A stretch of 64,000 nt of DNA from Podarcis cretensis (Eukaryota): the NCBI GenBank assembly GCA_951804945.1, contig OX638154.1, positions 67,642,001 to 67,706,000 of the forward strand, given 5' to 3'. Under the pieces are notes generated by a model, which was not told the DNA's origin, did no database searches, and was given only the letters and a program-made list of their open reading frames with translations. Shown piece by piece: positions 62,329-64,000 of this stretch. Within the stretch, counting starts at the first letter, position 1. The number at the start of each line of letters is the position of its first letter. Position numbers and translations under genes: made by a program.

Positions 62329-64000
62329 AGGTAAAGAAAAATGACCAGGAGAGAGAGCAGGTTCAAAGCACCAACTCTTTTGCAACTCAGTGCCATGCTT
62401 ACAAAACTGGTGTCTAAGCATGGCAAAATCTGTCATGTCTGGAGGGCCAATGGTGTCTCTAGAAGCTCTGCTGTGGCTAGGGTGTCTTCGTTTCTCATTT
62501 TTTAAAGTGCTTTCCCTTGTAGCTCATCATTGCTGCTAAAGTGTTCAAATTTTCTCCTCCTTTTCCTTCTGTCTTCTAGCTGTAACCACTAGACCTTGGT
62601 ATAGCCAGGGCTGGTCATGCCATGAATCATGCTTAGCCACATGACTCAAGTATCTGATTGGGAAGGGTGGCAGATCCTTCCGCTGCCATCTACTGCCCTC
62701 AAATCTGTCCTCTGCCATAGTTAGTAGCCTGGGTGCTGCTGATACTTTGGTCATCGCTGCCCACCCCTCCCCTCTTCCTAACCACCACAGCTAGCGCTGC
62801 CACCCATGACACAATTGAAGCAAAGTGGCAGAGGTGTTTCCTGGAAGTCCCACTTCATACCTTGCACTGAGGAAAGGGTTCTTCCTCAGAAGGAGTTCTT
62901 CCTCAGAGAGAAAAATCTGTACCACTCTTCCTTTGCACCAAATACAATATAAAGTTACTCACAACAGTACCTGGTGGTAGGCACTCTTGGGGACAACCTC
63001 GCCCACAATGCCTCGCTCTGAGGAAGGACTCCATTGAGGAAGGACTCAGTTGAGCTTGCCAGGACTATTGGCACAAACAAAGCAGAACAACAATGATGGT
63101 GCAGAGGAGATGGGAAAGGTGGAGGCAGAAATCTTCGGATGTCCCGCTTAAAACAAGACACTTGGAGGGTATGTAGTCAAGTTGCAAGGAACTGCACCAG
63201 CTTAACCTGTTCCTCTCTGTTTTTGCACACACACCCCATTAAAAACAAACCACACTGAGCATAAGAAAATATGCATATTACTTTGTAGCACTGTAGTACT
63301 TACTGTAATACCAGTATACAAAGTACTTTACAATTCTTAATTAATTTTAAATCACACTAGAATTGCTTCAGCATCCCTTCAGTTAAAATAAGCATGGATG
63401 GACATGAACTGGACTTCATTATTTTGCAAGCTAAGTGAAATGTAAAAAAGGACTCTGTTAGATGCCTGTAAATAGAACCCTTTTCTTGCAGAGAAATCTT
63501 CAGTTACCCACTCTGGGGTTATCTTGCTAGCAGTATCCTTGGCATTGCTGAGGTGTCTTGGGGCAATTCTTCCTCTTATCCGTAAGTGCAAATTAATATT
63601 TTGAAAGCCTTCACAATGGCACTAAGGTGTAATCATAAGCCTCTTTCCATCCCTCTTTGCTTTGAAAGCAGAAACTGTGCAGGAAACAAGGCATTTTCTG
63701 CAAGGTATGCAATGCAAAATCACCCTGCTGAAACCTACCTGTGATGTTAAATTCCTCTGCCATGTGCATAACCAGATGGCAAGAGTAAAATGTCAACATG
63801 GGTGCCAATGGTAGGGAAAGCTTCCAAGGTCATTTGTGAGAAAGTTTTCCATATTAATTTGGAGCCCTATTTGAGCAATGTAGCGCACAACCAACCCAGG
63901 CCATAAGATAACAACACTGGTTTGCACTTCAGGGTTCTTATACACTACTCTAACTTCCCCTTCCCCCAAATTAATATAAAAGTAGACTCTATCTGCACTG

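Noticed and set aside
62209-62436. Poly-Arg and poly-Ser ORFs
   Set aside because: Translation of a (GAG)n microsatellite.
62690-63173. Second full copy of the 50192-type transposon
   Set aside because: Only the right terminus (CACTTGGAGGGTATG) is clear; I could not place a left end or a TSD.

Overview
This is vertebrate genomic DNA from a squamate reptile. The Sauria-SINE variants, Bov-B, CR1, L2 and hAT/Tc1 MITE content suggest a lacertid lizard (inference). Almost the whole window is intron of the sialyltransferase gene ST6GALNAC3 (+ strand). The only host coding sequence I can support is one 410-nt internal exon (39736-40145) encoding sialylmotif L. The rest is intron containing two solo LTRs with intact target-site duplications (TSDs), three Sauria SINEs, two CORE-type tRNA SINEs, a young Bov-B 3' end, CR1 and L2 fragments, about a dozen MITEs, microsatellites and one 130-nt assembly gap. 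I found no new protein-coding system. The most unusual items are: (1) a 286-bp element made of the Bov-B 5' UTR joined to the Bov-B 3' tail, with a perfect TSD and pseudoknot-forming stems; (2) a multiply deleted CR1 whose ORF1 esterase is fused in frame to the RT; (3) a DNA-transposon/L2 composite with a duplicated left end; (4) a 65-bp-arm hairpin with no transposon hallmarks; (5) an antisense solo LTR with an apparently very long R region. Family names come from my recognition of the sequences, not from database searches.
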